64,000 nucleotides of DNA from Candidatus Thorarchaeota archaeon. Lineage in GTDB: Archaea; Asgardarchaeota; Thorarchaeia; Thorarchaeales; Thorarchaeaceae. Both the position numbers and the translations under genes were made by a program. Positions 1 to 10,647 of the stretch are shown here, piece by piece (the stretch's first letter is position 1; the number at the start of each line of letters is the position of its first letter). The stretch covers positions 13,671-77,670 of the forward strand of contig JBHLRP010000008.1 of assembly GCA_048882485.1 (NCBI GenBank), in the 5' to 3' direction. The notes below the pieces were generated by a model. The model saw nothing but the letters and a program-made list of their open reading frames with translations, had not been told where the DNA came from and did not search any database.

Positions 1-529
1 GAAGAACTGCCAAAATGATGATGCCAGTGTAACCAAGATACACAAACAATAGTGCTGTGATTACAGAACCCAGAACCGCTCCTGCTGTGTCCATTGCACG
101 CAATACTCCGAAGGCTCGCCCTCGTTTTTCTTCGTCAGCAAACCCAGCTACAATCGCGTCTCTAGGCGGTCCACGCATCTTTCCCAATCTATCAGTGGAT
201 TTAAAGAACAGGATTTGATAGAACCCTGTCGCAAGCAGGAAACCTAATCTCGAGATTGTAGAGAGAAAGTATCCGGCCGAGATGAAAGTCTTCCTTCTAC
301 CTGTTCTATCGGAAGCATAGCCCGCACCTAGCTTTGATAATGATGTTATCGTTAAAGCCAGTCCATCAACAATTCCAATCTGGAAGAACGAAAGACCAAG
401 ACGAATCTGCAAGAACGTTGGCCAAATGGGTGCAATCATGTCGGAACTTGTATCGCTCAGAAACGAAGCAGTTCCGAACACAAGGGTCGGATCACGCTCG
501 CTTCTATTCTTGGCATCATCAATGAACAA
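1..529 (-). CDS. MFS transporter (N-terminal part; runs off the left edge)
   Basis: Not in the ORF track. Manual translation gives ...FGTASFLSDTSSDMIAPIWP...GAGYASDRTGRRK (MFS motif A)...RGPPRDAIVA...RGRAFG. Probable TTG start at 529 downstream of GGAGG. Confidence 0.85.
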   Translation of the reverse strand, partial: MFIDDAKNRSERDPTLVFGTASFLSDTSSDMIAPIWPTFLQIRLGLSFFQIGIVDGLALTITSLSKLGAGYASDRTGRRKTFISAGYFLSTISRLGFLLATGFYQILFFKSTDRLGKMRGPPRDAIVAGFADEEKRGRAFGVLRAMDTAGAVLGSVITALLFVYLGYTGIIILAVL

Positions 530-646
530 ATCTTGAATTCCCTCCTGCTCGCCTATTCACTCCCAGCATTTATTTCATTGCCAGAAGAAAGGAGAGTTGA
601 TTCCTAGTTCACAAGCGTTTTATTATCCAATTCTATCTGTGCCGCT

Positions 647-1849
647 ATGAGTCCTAGTAGGTCGAAAGTCTACTTTGGATCTGTGAAACATGGGAACACG
701 GGTCGTTTCGCCTCATTTGGGGCAAAAGTGGACAAGGTTATCGAACTTCTTGACTTCTCAACTATAGAGAAGAAAGATAAAGTCGCTATCAAGATGCATT
801 TGGGTTTTCACGACGGATATCAGACTGTGCCCGTCTTCTTTGTACGTCGGCTGGTCAAAGCGGTAAAGAAGGCTGGCGGATACCCATTCGTGACTGACAA
901 TCCCACTGCAGTCTATAATGCCGCAGAGCGTGGATATACAGCTGAAACATGTGGCTGTCCTATCATTCCAGCTGCTGGAGTTAAGGATGGCTATACAAGG
1001 AAAGTGGAGTTCAACTTTGGAAACGTCGACACCCTAGAGATGGGTGGAGTACTGGCGGACGCTGATGTGCTGATTGATTTCACTCACGTTAAAGGTCACA
1101 ACTCATGTGGATATGGCGGAGCGGTGAAGAACATCGCTCTGGGTGGATATCATGGCCCAAGCAGATGGCAGAAGATACATGGTGTCGAGACCAGCATTCC
1201 CTATTGGGATCCAGAGAAATGTACTCCTGAACATGCGAAGAAACTAGTTGAGATATGTCCGGAAGAGTGCATAAACTACAAAGAAGAGAAGCACAAGCTC
1301 ACGGTCGCATTTGGAATGTGTAACCAGTGCTGGAAGTGCATGGAGGCGGACAAGGATGTTGGATGCCTTGATCTGAAACCAGAGAATTACGCGATGTTTC
1401 AAGAACTCATGGCCAGGGCTGCAAATGAAGTCTTGAAGACATTCGATGAGAACAAGAAATTCTTCCTGAACTTTGCCATAGACATCACTGGGATGTGTGA
1501 TTGCTGGGGAATCGCTCAGCCGCATGTTGTGAACGACATTGGTGTCCTAGGAAGCAGGGATATTGTAGCCATTGAACAGGCATCACTGGACTTGGTTGCA
1601 CAGGAGGGTCTCATTGAAAGCATGATTCCTCCCTACTATAGGAATCTGAACCTGGATCCTGAGGCTGATCTCCATCCATTTGCGAGGCTGCACGGGCCTA
1701 TGAAGAATCCCTATTTGGTGACTGAATATGCTGAGGGATTAGGAATGGGCTCAAGGGACTATGAGCTCATAGAGGTCCTCTCAGTAGAAGAAACCATGAA
1801 GATGAAGCCTCCATCAGGAGTTTCTGAAGCTGCTCCGTCGTTCTTCTAG
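647..1849 (+). CDS. DUF362 family iron-sulfur protein
   Basis: VAIKMHLG, THVKGH...GGAVKNIALG and CDC motifs, with an inserted ferredoxin-like Cys cluster (CP..C...CNQCWKC). Confidence 0.8.
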   Translation: MSPSRSKVYFGSVKHGNTGRFASFGAKVDKVIELLDFSTIEKKDKVAIKMHLGFHDGYQTVPVFFVRRLVKAVKKAGGYPFVTDNPTAVYNAAERGYTAETCGCPIIPAAGVKDGYTRKVEFNFGNVDTLEMGGVLADADVLIDFTHVKGHNSCGYGGAVKNIALGGYHGPSRWQKIHGVETSIPYWDPEKCTPEHAKKLVEICPEECINYKEEKHKLTVAFGMCNQCWKCMEADKDVGCLDLKPENYAMFQELMARAANEVLKTFDENKKFFLNFAIDITGMCDCWGIAQPHVVNDIGVLGSRDIVAIEQASLDLVAQEGLIESMIPPYYRNLNLDPEADLHPFARLHGPMKNPYLVTEYAEGLGMGSRDYELIEVLSVEETMKMKPPSGVSEAAPSFF

Positions 1850-2010
1850 TAATATAGGGGATTAAGTAGCTGCAGAGGTAACACTCAGTGAGAGCTTGCA
1901 CCAAATATCAGACGACTTAGCATCGCATACAACATAAGAATCTTTAATATATGCTAGTAATATAGAATATATGACTGGCTCTTGTGAGTCATGAGAAGGT
2001 GGGACGCCAG

Positions 2011-2451
2011 ATGACTGAGAGTCTAACGCCTGAAGACAGACTTCGCAAGTATAAGGAGTTCATCTCAGGACTTGCACATGCAAATGACTCCCAGCGTAGG
2101 AACCATTCCTCTGGTCTAGGCAGTACTACTTCTGAAGCGAAGAAGCCTCCAGTGAAGAAAGAACTCATTGCCGCTCTTGCGGTGCTCAAGGATGCCCAGG
2201 AGAAGATGGAGTCTGCTCTTACTGAAGGCCAATCAGCTCGAAAGAATGTCATGCTGAAGATAAAGGAGAAAGCCCTAGAGTCTTCAATGCTTGAAATACG
2301 AGATGAGAAACGCAGATTGCAGCGCAAACTTGAGAAAGGCGAGATCACAAAGGCAGAATACGAAGCTGAAATTCAGAAACTTGTTCGCAAGGGAAAGAGC
2401 GTCCTAAAAGAGCAATCCATTGTTGCAGCAAAAAAGAATGGCTTAGCCTAG
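2011..2451 (+). CDS. hypothetical coiled-coil protein with SHOCT-like C-terminal motif
   Basis: The ORF track starts at 1984, but ATG 2011 follows AGGTGG. LEKGEITKAEYE resembles a SHOCT motif. Confidence 0.6.
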   Translation: MTESLTPEDRLRKYKEFISGLAHANDSQRRNHSSGLGSTTSEAKKPPVKKELIAALAVLKDAQEKMESALTEGQSARKNVMLKIKEKALESSMLEIRDEKRRLQRKLEKGEITKAEYEAEIQKLVRKGKSVLKEQSIVAAKKNGLA

Positions 2452-2564
2452 TTCTTCTTAATACCATTTAATCCTTCAAGCTTCTGCCTAATTCATTCCA
2501 AATGCGGATGAAGAATCTAGCTTTCTTAAATTCTGATTTTTCCGGCATCTGCTGAGGTAGAGGA

Positions 2565-5090
2565 ATGAAAAAAGCCGCTACACTGCTGTTAATTGTGCTT
2601 CTTATTGCTCCCTTATTTGTTGCTGTAGCTTCACCAGATGCTGCAGAAGGGATAGATTCGATGCAAGACATAGAACCAACGATTTCTTTCAAGGAATCGA
2701 TGATGGCTTCCCGGAATATTAGGGTAGCAATCTATGATGAGTCCAACACCACCGTACCATTGAAGTCAGATGCCCTTGGTCTGACAAACAATATCACCGA
2801 AGTAGCCGCAATACTCGTGGGTGCTGGCTATCAAGTCACTTTAATCACGACTGATGATATACTTGACTACAGGTTGACGACGGCATCCTTTGATGTGTTC
2901 ATTATGGTCAACAATCTTCCTAGAGAGAGTATCTCCAAGCTTGTGAAGGACTTCTGGCTGGGTGGCGGAGGGCTATTGACCTTCCACGGCGCGCTGAGTT
3001 ATCTGTATTATGAAAGCATCATCATCCCCAGCTGGGACGTTGATGTTGGAGATGGAATGTATTGGGGATACTTCTCAAGTGACAATCAAAATGTGACAGC
3101 GCGTCATTCGACAATGAAAGACTATAATGTTGGTGATGTTCTTACTGAACGAAACAACCTTTGGGCCACTGCATGGGAAAGAGTATTGATAGGCACATTA
3201 GGATTTGAAGCCGAAGCAACAAAAGCTGATGATTTCACGATCCTGATGAACAATGGGAATACAGCTGACTTCATCACCGCATTCTCAATGGATAATACTC
3301 ATGAAGGCGGTAGAGTAGTTCATCTTCCTGGGGATGGATACTCGATTCCTGCGGCGTTTGAAAGCATCATCACTGACTCAATACATTGGCTTGCTCCAAG
3401 GCCAAAGGCAAAGATTCTCTATGATCTTTCACATGACCCATGGCTCACTGCAGATCCATGGGATGGTGGCTATGAGGCATTCTACTTCTCACCTTGGAGA
3501 ACCGGGCTAGTTAATCGATCATATACTGTCGACAAACTCCATCCATCCTCCGAAGGCAATCTCACGTATCCAAATCTAGAGCCGTATGATATGCTTGTGG
3601 TCAATCAACCAATGGCAGACTATACGCAAGCTGAGGTTCAAGCTGTCGAACAATGGGTTCAGGATGGGGGTGCCCTATTTGTTGTTGGAGATAATGCGGG
3701 AGTTCCTGATAACTATCGTCTGAATGAGCTTATCGAGCCATTCGGTATACAGTTCAATCACACGCTTCCTACCTATGTTGGAGTCTTCTCAGACTATGAC
3801 ATGCATCCCACAACTGAGGGTTGTGCTTCCCTTTCATATATCGGCTCAGCAAGATTGAACATATCTGGTGCTGCATATCCAATTTGGAGGTACACGCCTG
3901 GAGATATTGCTGTAGCTGCAACTGAATACGGTCATGGTCGAGTGCTTGTAATCCCTGATGCAAATTCAGTTGTCGATGCGTGGATTGGGGATGCGAATAA
4001 TTTCCATTTTGCTATGAATATAGTGAATTGGCTTACTTCCTATGATGCCAAGACTCTTGTCTACGTCGACACTGCATCGCATGATCCAAATACACTCCTT
4101 TATCGAGGACCAGTTGCTCAAGCACTGAATGATATTGGATTGAAGTTCCTGCTGACATATTCGTACACCTACTTCAATTTGAGTCTTCATTCCGAGAATT
4201 GGGAACTGGTAGTCTACGACAACATCAATTATGGCACTTCTATTATCTTTGAAGAGATACTAGATTACGTTCGTGCAGGTGGCAGGATGGTCTTCAGCAC
4301 ATGGACCTATAGTAATGCTCTGGCAACAGAGTTGAATAACTACATCGGATTTGAATATGCAGGCAATTATTTCAGTCCTCAACCACCAATCCATGTCTGG
4401 AATCCCGGAGCTGGCATATTCAATAATCCAAATCCGTACGGAGCAGGAAATATCAGCTCGAATATTGACTATTCCTTTGGATTGGAGTGTCAGAATCTGA
4501 CAGTGTTTGACAACGCCACTGCTTTGGCAGGACTTGATTCCACAACATCAACGACTAATGCGAGTATCGTTTTGGGTGCTGGTGGAAGAGTCATTGTAAA
4601 TGGCATGCTACTATCAATGTACATGAATGACACAGATGACTCGACCTATCCTGATGCAGTTGAGATTTGGGAGAATGAGATTGCGTTTCTCATGAAACCA
4701 AGCATAGATGCTCCTGCTGACGTTGAATACATAGAGGGGACTACGGGCAATCTCATCGCGTGGCATCCTGACAGCCTCATCCCATTCAAATATGAGGTTG
4801 AGATGGATGGCGTTCCTGATGGAACTGAACCATGGGATGGCGGGCCGGTTTCGTATGGCATTGATGGACTCGCGAATGGAACCTACGTGTTCACAATCAC
4901 CATCTTTGATCGGGCAGGCTACACTGCAGTGGATGAAGTCACTGTGACTGTACTTGAGATTCCCCCGACAACTACCGAACCACCCCCAATGCCTCCATTG
5001 GATACAACCATATTGATTATCATTGCAGCTGCTGCTGGAGTTGTGATAATAATCATGTTGATAGTCATGCGGAAGCGCGGAGCAGAGTAA
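2565..5090 (+). CDS. secreted, C-terminally anchored surface protein with repeated DUF4350/GIFT-like alpha/beta domains and an Ig-like domain
   Basis: Signal peptide MKKAATLLLIVLL; three repeats containing W/YxxxGGxL; many N-x-S/T sequons; Pro/Thr linker, TM helix and basic tail. Confidence 0.75.
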   Translation: MKKAATLLLIVLLIAPLFVAVASPDAAEGIDSMQDIEPTISFKESMMASRNIRVAIYDESNTTVPLKSDALGLTNNITEVAAILVGAGYQVTLITTDDILDYRLTTASFDVFIMVNNLPRESISKLVKDFWLGGGGLLTFHGALSYLYYESIIIPSWDVDVGDGMYWGYFSSDNQNVTARHSTMKDYNVGDVLTERNNLWATAWERVLIGTLGFEAEATKADDFTILMNNGNTADFITAFSMDNTHEGGRVVHLPGDGYSIPAAFESIITDSIHWLAPRPKAKILYDLSHDPWLTADPWDGGYEAFYFSPWRTGLVNRSYTVDKLHPSSEGNLTYPNLEPYDMLVVNQPMADYTQAEVQAVEQWVQDGGALFVVGDNAGVPDNYRLNELIEPFGIQFNHTLPTYVGVFSDYDMHPTTEGCASLSYIGSARLNISGAAYPIWRYTPGDIAVAATEYGHGRVLVIPDANSVVDAWIGDANNFHFAMNIVNWLTSYDAKTLVYVDTASHDPNTLLYRGPVAQALNDIGLKFLLTYSYTYFNLSLHSENWELVVYDNINYGTSIIFEEILDYVRAGGRMVFSTWTYSNALATELNNYIGFEYAGNYFSPQPPIHVWNPGAGIFNNPNPYGAGNISSNIDYSFGLECQNLTVFDNATALAGLDSTTSTTNASIVLGAGGRVIVNGMLLSMYMNDTDDSTYPDAVEIWENEIAFLMKPSIDAPADVEYIEGTTGNLIAWHPDSLIPFKYEVEMDGVPDGTEPWDGGPVSYGIDGLANGTYVFTITIFDRAGYTAVDEVTVTVLEIPPTTTEPPPMPPLDTTILIIIAAAAGVVIIIMLIVMRKRGAE

Positions 5091-5100
5091 TTCTATTTTC

Positions 5101-5140
5101 GAAGCCCGGCTTTTCGGGCTTCATTTTATTCCTTTTTTTT
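5101..5140 (+). terminator. hairpin plus T-tract terminator
   Basis: GAAGCCCG/CGGGCTTC stem followed by TTTTATTCCTTTTTTTT just after the 5090 stop. Confidence 0.7.
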
Positions 5141-5236
5141 GGTTCTTCATATGATGAATTGAGAACAATACAATCATAGAAAAGTGAAAAAGGACCACGA
5201 TATTCAAGAATCCTGCTAATAGGGAGGCTGAATGCG

Positions 5237-6145
5237 CTGGCTAAGGGCAAATCTGGCAAGGTTTCCAAAAGAGCCAAGTCGGATGAGGCCTATCTGCAGC
5301 AGTTTTGTGAATTGAGTAGACGTGCAGCAATTGACCAGCTATCGGAATTGATGAAGGGTTATTGGACTGATAAGATTGAATATCCCCTTCATCGCTTATG
5401 CAAGATAATCGAGAAGAAATGGAAAAAGTCTGGCAATGAAGAAGAAGCTATTGAACAGCTAATGCTTGTTCGGGACGGTATCTTTGGAGCTCTTGACATG
5501 CTCTCCCTTTCATTGCCCCTCGAAGTAGGCACAGACACCATCATTCAGAAGCTCATAAAGGGAACAGACTGGGATGACGGCAGGAAGCGCGTTCGAAGTG
5601 AATGCGCACAAATCATCAGTGGCATGATATCAGCAAGGAAAATTGCTCATGTTATCCCTTCAGGATTAGAACGAGACGGTTTCACCTTTCTTTTGCCTGA
5701 ACTGAGAGAAGCCCTGTTGAAAGATGTCAAAAAGGCTGAGCTAAGAGCCCGAAAGGGTAGTGTAAGCTTGGTTGGGCTTTCACGTTCAGTTCTTGGAAGG
5801 CGACTGCTGAGAGAACAAATGATTGCGGATACCAAGATTCCTGAAGAAGATCCGCGACTGACACCTTTGATGGAAGCATATGACAAGCTTCTAGTTGAGG
5901 TGGAATTAGATCAACAGGTCGCATTCCCATTAGAAACTCATCAGGTGACTTTCAACGGGAAAGTAGCGGAAGACGAAATGGAATACATGGATTCGGCAGC
6001 TGGTGCTGAGCCCGCAAGTGTTCAGTCTGAGTTAACGGAATACATCACAAGCCACAAAGAGGTAAAGCGCAAGCCGAAGAAAAAGGCAGGGAAGAAGCCT
6101 AAGAAATCATCAGGCCGCAAGAAGAAGAAGAAGGGAGGAGCATGA
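5237..6145 (+). CDS. hypothetical protein with Lys-rich C-terminal tail
   Basis: The ORF track starts at TTG 5312, but the frame is open to CTG 5237, which lies 9 nt after GGAGG. Tail KRKPKKKAGKKPKKSSGRKKKKKGGA. Confidence 0.7.
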   Translation: MAKGKSGKVSKRAKSDEAYLQQFCELSRRAAIDQLSELMKGYWTDKIEYPLHRLCKIIEKKWKKSGNEEEAIEQLMLVRDGIFGALDMLSLSLPLEVGTDTIIQKLIKGTDWDDGRKRVRSECAQIISGMISARKIAHVIPSGLERDGFTFLLPELREALLKDVKKAELRARKGSVSLVGLSRSVLGRRLLREQMIADTKIPEEDPRLTPLMEAYDKLLVEVELDQQVAFPLETHQVTFNGKVAEDEMEYMDSAAGAEPASVQSELTEYITSHKEVKRKPKKKAGKKPKKSSGRKKKKKGGA

Positions 6146-6146
6146 A

Positions 6147-7640
6147 ATGTCCCCTCTTTCTGCCGATTTCCTAGCCCTCGAAACTAAGAAGCTTGCAGAA
6201 ATGCGAAAAGCCGCATGGAATCTTGAATCAGCCAAACCTGAGCTCATGTATGAAGCAGTCCAGACTCTCACAATGTACAGTGTCAATCGAACTCTTCTTC
6301 CATTTGTGATGCATCATTTACTGGCTGATGATATCTTTGTGCGGAAGATTCTCTTCAGGACAGCTGGCAGGAATATCTATGGTGAGTATATTCCCGAATT
6401 CTTCTCTCATTTGCCAAATCTGCCGCCAGCAGAGGTAGCTCAAGTACTTCAAAGCGTCAAAGAAGCCTTCAGGGAAAATGGACCCCCATTAGAAAAGCCG
6501 GAGTTGAAAAGATGGATTACCGCATTGGAGAAACTGGGTCGTGAACACCAACCCGGTATCGTTGAGATCATGGCTACACTCGGAAACTATGGATATCGAT
6601 GGGTAACCAAGCTAATTAGAAATGACCTAGAGGGCTTGAATATAGGTGCAATTGCTAGCATCAGGGAATTTCCTGAGAAGCATAGGGCTGCAATTGTGCG
6701 GCTCCTCTGTGAAGAAGCCTCTCACCGAAAGCCAGACTTATTGACATACATCGCAGGAGTCACTGATTCAAAAACCGCTAGATTCCTGAAGTCTTTCCTG
6801 TCAGCTGGGAATTGGAAAGATCGGAAAGAGGTTGCTGAAGCTGTGGGTCGTGTGGGAATTACCTCCGCATCGGGTCTTGTGAGAGACCTTCTGAATGATC
6901 CTGATTGGAGAGTCAAACAAGCTCTAGCTGACAATATCGATGTATCTAAATCAAAGCTTTCAAGCCTACTTAGAATAATGGAGATTCTTGTTGCAGATTC
7001 TCACACCAGGGTGAAACGTTCAGCGGGGAGAACACTACTCAGAATGGGGCTAAAGCCATGTATGGGTGTTAGTCTAAACGCCCAACGCGACAAGCTGATG
7101 AAACGATTTAGAGGCCAACTGTTGAAAGCGGCACCATTGAACAAGGAGATCGATTCAACCTGGTTGGGTGTTGATCTATCCGGAGAGAGTCCCTTCCCAT
7201 CTAGTGCTCCCGAAGACGCCCCAGATTCAGCCAAACCGCAACCAGTGGGACTTGGCGATCTTGCATCAGCCTTGTCAACAAGGAAGGCCGAATCTACAAG
7301 TCCAGAAAGCGAGGTAGACCTCCGAACAGCGCTGCTCAAGAAGATGTTGGAGTCTAAAGAATTAGCAGATGCATCTGCGGCAATTGCAGAACCTACAACT
7401 AGCGACGCCTCGAAGATAGATCAAGACCTCCCTCCACCTGCGCGATTCCTAGCACTAATGGATGAACTATCATCGACTCTTGGCAAAGCCCTTCCAGTCA
7501 TGGTGATGAAGGTAAAGGCTCCGGAAATTGAGTTATCGTCTGAAGAGTTTGATGAGGTACTTCGTCAGTTAGTGAAAGAAGGCACAGTCTACATGGTTGA
7601 TGAGGATACTGTACGGCGAGCAGACATAATGACCGAATAG
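6147..7640 (+). CDS. HEAT-repeat protein with C-terminal winged-helix-like domain
   Basis: HEAT/PBS motifs LLNDPDWRVKQ and LVADSHTRVKRSA; acidic linker; C-terminal EEFDEVLRQLVKEGTVY. Confidence 0.75.
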   Translation: MSPLSADFLALETKKLAEMRKAAWNLESAKPELMYEAVQTLTMYSVNRTLLPFVMHHLLADDIFVRKILFRTAGRNIYGEYIPEFFSHLPNLPPAEVAQVLQSVKEAFRENGPPLEKPELKRWITALEKLGREHQPGIVEIMATLGNYGYRWVTKLIRNDLEGLNIGAIASIREFPEKHRAAIVRLLCEEASHRKPDLLTYIAGVTDSKTARFLKSFLSAGNWKDRKEVAEAVGRVGITSASGLVRDLLNDPDWRVKQALADNIDVSKSKLSSLLRIMEILVADSHTRVKRSAGRTLLRMGLKPCMGVSLNAQRDKLMKRFRGQLLKAAPLNKEIDSTWLGVDLSGESPFPSSAPEDAPDSAKPQPVGLGDLASALSTRKAESTSPESEVDLRTALLKKMLESKELADASAAIAEPTTSDASKIDQDLPPPARFLALMDELSSTLGKALPVMVMKVKAPEIELSSEEFDEVLRQLVKEGTVYMVDEDTVRRADIMTE

Positions 7641-7703
7641 ATGGTGCTTGGGTAACACTAATCAGAACTTGGTAGTCTTTACCACAAAGGCGAGGAGAGA
7701 AAA

Positions 7704-9026
7704 TTGTCTGAGAGCACATTGATTCAGGATGGCCTGGTCGTCACCGGGGACCGCAAAGGCACGATTTATTCAGATGGATATGTAAGAATCGAAGGCAATC
7801 AAATTGCTGAGCTAGGAAAGGGCAAGCCGAAAGGCAAAGCTGACAATGTCATTGATGCTAGGGGATGTGTTGTCATCCCTGGGCTAATCACGGCTCATAC
7901 GCATCTCTATGGCATTCTTCTACGGGGTGCAAGTCTCGACATAGACCCTCCCACTGATTTCGCTCAGATACTTCAAAGAGTATGGTGGCCTCTAGATGAG
8001 ACAATGAATCTTGAGGACGCACATGCTAGTGCACTCTCAGCCTCTGCGGATATGCTTCGCAATGGCTCAACTTTCTTTGCCGACACCTATTCTGGTCCCA
8101 ACTCAATTGAAGGTGTGCTAGATAGTGTTGCTGATGGGTCAAATAGAGTCGGAATGCGGTCCATGCTTGCATTTGAAATGACTGAGCGAGATAGCGTCGA
8201 GATTGGTCACAGGGGGCTTGACGAGAATGTGAGATTCTCAGGGTGCGCGAAATGCGGAGGTCTCGCATCGTTGATGATGAGCATCCATGCATCCTTCACA
8301 GTTACCGATGAACTCATCCAAAAAGCAGTTGAAGAGGCTCGAAGATTGGATGTGCCCATCACGATTCATACTTCTGAGGGCCTTGTAGACCTGTATCACA
8401 ATTTGGAGCGCTATGGAGAGCGGACAGTAGAGCGCCTTACAAGACTCGGTGTTCTTGGTCCTAAGACGGTTCTAGCACATTGTGTTCATGTCAATGACAG
8501 AGAGCTCGATCTCATTGCTGAACACAAGGCATCAGTTGCTCACAATCCGATGTCAAATATGCTGAATGCAGTGGGAACTGCTCCAGTTCCCGGTATGCTG
8601 AAGCGAGGAATTCCAGTAGGATTGGGAAATGATGGGTGGATATACGATCCTTTTGAAAACATGAGATGTGCCCTGACAGTTCATCGCCTCGAGCATAATG
8701 ACCCTAGCATCATTGGCCCAGATGATGTGTTCAGAATGGTTACCCTCGATGGTGCTCGATGTTACGGTCTTGAAGACCAAATCGGAAGTCTAGAAGTGGG
8801 CAAGCTGGCTGACATAGCAATTCTGAATGGTACGCGAGTTCCTACGCCGTTGACTCCTGATTCAGTGATTGGACACCTCATAAACACCTTTGGGGGAAGA
8901 GATGTTGCTCATGTATTCGTAGATGGTGTTCAGGTAGTGAAGGATGGTAAGCTTACACTCATATCAGATGAAGAGGTTTCAGAGGTTTCTCGAGCAGCCA
9001 GTGCGAAGCTATGGTCAAGGTTATAG
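7704..9026 (+). CDS. amidohydrolase (MTA/SAH deaminase or SsnA-like)
   Basis: PGLITAHTH, IHTSE, AHCVH, GLGNDG and GSLEVGKLAD motifs. Confidence 0.9.
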   Translation: MSESTLIQDGLVVTGDRKGTIYSDGYVRIEGNQIAELGKGKPKGKADNVIDARGCVVIPGLITAHTHLYGILLRGASLDIDPPTDFAQILQRVWWPLDETMNLEDAHASALSASADMLRNGSTFFADTYSGPNSIEGVLDSVADGSNRVGMRSMLAFEMTERDSVEIGHRGLDENVRFSGCAKCGGLASLMMSIHASFTVTDELIQKAVEEARRLDVPITIHTSEGLVDLYHNLERYGERTVERLTRLGVLGPKTVLAHCVHVNDRELDLIAEHKASVAHNPMSNMLNAVGTAPVPGMLKRGIPVGLGNDGWIYDPFENMRCALTVHRLEHNDPSIIGPDDVFRMVTLDGARCYGLEDQIGSLEVGKLADIAILNGTRVPTPLTPDSVIGHLINTFGGRDVAHVFVDGVQVVKDGKLTLISDEEVSEVSRAASAKLWSRL

Positions 9027-9072
9027 AGGCACCAGATGCAAACCGTTTTCAACTGGTCGTTAGTCGCCAAGA

Positions 9073-10032
9073 GTGGTGCTATCTCTGAATCCCAACTTCA
9101 CCTTTAATCATCCAATCTTCGATGCACACACCCATGGAATCGACCCTGACTCACTCGACCTTTTAGTCAGTATTCAAGAGGGATATGGGATTAAAAAAGC
9201 AGTCCTCATCTGCCACAGTCCCGGAATAATGGAATATGCCAGAAGCACGTATCCGGGTCGTTTCATCTGCGCCAAGTACTTCTCTGGTGCAATGCGATTC
9301 ACTGAGGGCCCGCACAATCTTGCTCGAGAGGTTCTTGCAGCTCCTGAAGAGGGCTATGACCTTGTGAAAATGCAATCAGCTCCAGTAATGAGGGCCCGAG
9401 CCAAGGCAGACCCCGGTGAGCTTCGTCTTGATGGGGATGAGATGTCACCGATGTTTGAAGCAGTAATTGATGCTGACATTCCATTCATTCTCCATATGTC
9501 AGATCCGGATACCTATTACGCTAGTAGATACACCGACACTGACTATTTCGGGACTAAGGAGAGAGACCTCGAAGAGCTGGAGGGAGTGCTTTCGAAATAT
9601 CCAGAGATCAAATTCCAGATAGCTCACTTCGCGGCTCAACCAGAGATTCACCGTCTGGATAATCTTTCAAGATGGTTCGATTCTTACAGAAATTTCAATA
9701 TAGACACAAGTTCAGCTAGATGGGTGTCAAGAGAATTGAGCAAGGATGCGGAGCGGGCGAGCAATTTTCTGGATAAGCATAGTGATCGCATTCAATTTGG
9801 GACTGACTGCGTGGCATTCACAGATGATTCAAGCTACTACAATGGACGTCTTCTTGCTCTCAGACTTCTTCTGGAAAGTTCAGTTCGTAATAGTCCATTG
9901 CCCTTTGAGGATGCAGACACAATCAATAGTGGTGGAACAGCGATAAACGGGCTTTCGCTCGAGATGTCAGCATTGAAGAGGATTTACTGGGACAACGCCC
10001 TTAGATTCTTTGACTTATCAGAAATCAAATGA
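9073..10032 (+). CDS. amidohydrolase family 2 protein
   Basis: FDAHTH, ILH, IAH, FGTD and IYWDNA motifs. Confidence 0.8.
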   Translation: MVLSLNPNFTFNHPIFDAHTHGIDPDSLDLLVSIQEGYGIKKAVLICHSPGIMEYARSTYPGRFICAKYFSGAMRFTEGPHNLAREVLAAPEEGYDLVKMQSAPVMRARAKADPGELRLDGDEMSPMFEAVIDADIPFILHMSDPDTYYASRYTDTDYFGTKERDLEELEGVLSKYPEIKFQIAHFAAQPEIHRLDNLSRWFDSYRNFNIDTSSARWVSRELSKDAERASNFLDKHSDRIQFGTDCVAFTDDSSYYNGRLLALRLLLESSVRNSPLPFEDADTINSGGTAINGLSLEMSALKRIYWDNALRFFDLSEIK

Positions 10033-10062
10033 TATCTATGCTCTCAAGGACTCATACTGAAC

Positions 10063-10623
10063 CTAGTAGGTAACAGATCTAATCCCTGCTTCTCTTGCAT
10101 TCTGAATCGTATTGAGGCTCTCTCGAACTGATCCCATCCCATTCATTCCCGTGGCAATTATGGACTCAACATAATCCATCCCAAGATACCTACAGATTTC
10201 CTCAAACATACCCACTGTATGCCGAGCATAATGTGAGTTTCCTCCCCCCATTGGAATTGCGAGGATGACTCGCTTACCTTGGAAGGTTGACTGGTCCACA
10301 CCATACCATCTATCCAGAAATGCCTTGAATTGTGCTGTAGGTCCCCACCAGTAAATTGGAGTTCCCAAGACCCAAACGTCACTCTTCTTCATCAACTTAA
10401 GAACATGTTTCATGTCGTCGTCCTGTACACACTTCCCTATTGTCTGACATCCATTGCAGGCTTTGCAGGGAGATATGTTGAGGTCTCTGAGGGTGGCCTT
10501 TGCAGCTTCGGCTCCAGCTTCCACTGCTCCAGCCAGGACCTCATCGACCAATGTCTCTGTATTTCCTCCTCTACGAGGGCTCCCCACAATCCCCAGAACA
10601 TGTTTATAGCCTGAGGTCTCCAT
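10063..10623 (-). CDS. flavodoxin-like iron-sulfur flavoprotein (NADPH-dependent FMN reductase family)
   Basis: GSPRRGGNT, CxxCxxCxxxxxC and TPIYW motifs. Confidence 0.9.
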   Translation of the reverse strand: METSGYKHVLGIVGSPRRGGNTETLVDEVLAGAVEAGAEAAKATLRDLNISPCKACNGCQTIGKCVQDDDMKHVLKLMKKSDVWVLGTPIYWWGPTAQFKAFLDRWYGVDQSTFQGKRVILAIPMGGGNSHYARHTVGMFEEICRYLGMDYVESIIATGMNGMGSVRESLNTIQNAREAGIRSVTY

Positions 10624-10647
10624 AGCTCCTCCTCCACAACTGATGTT

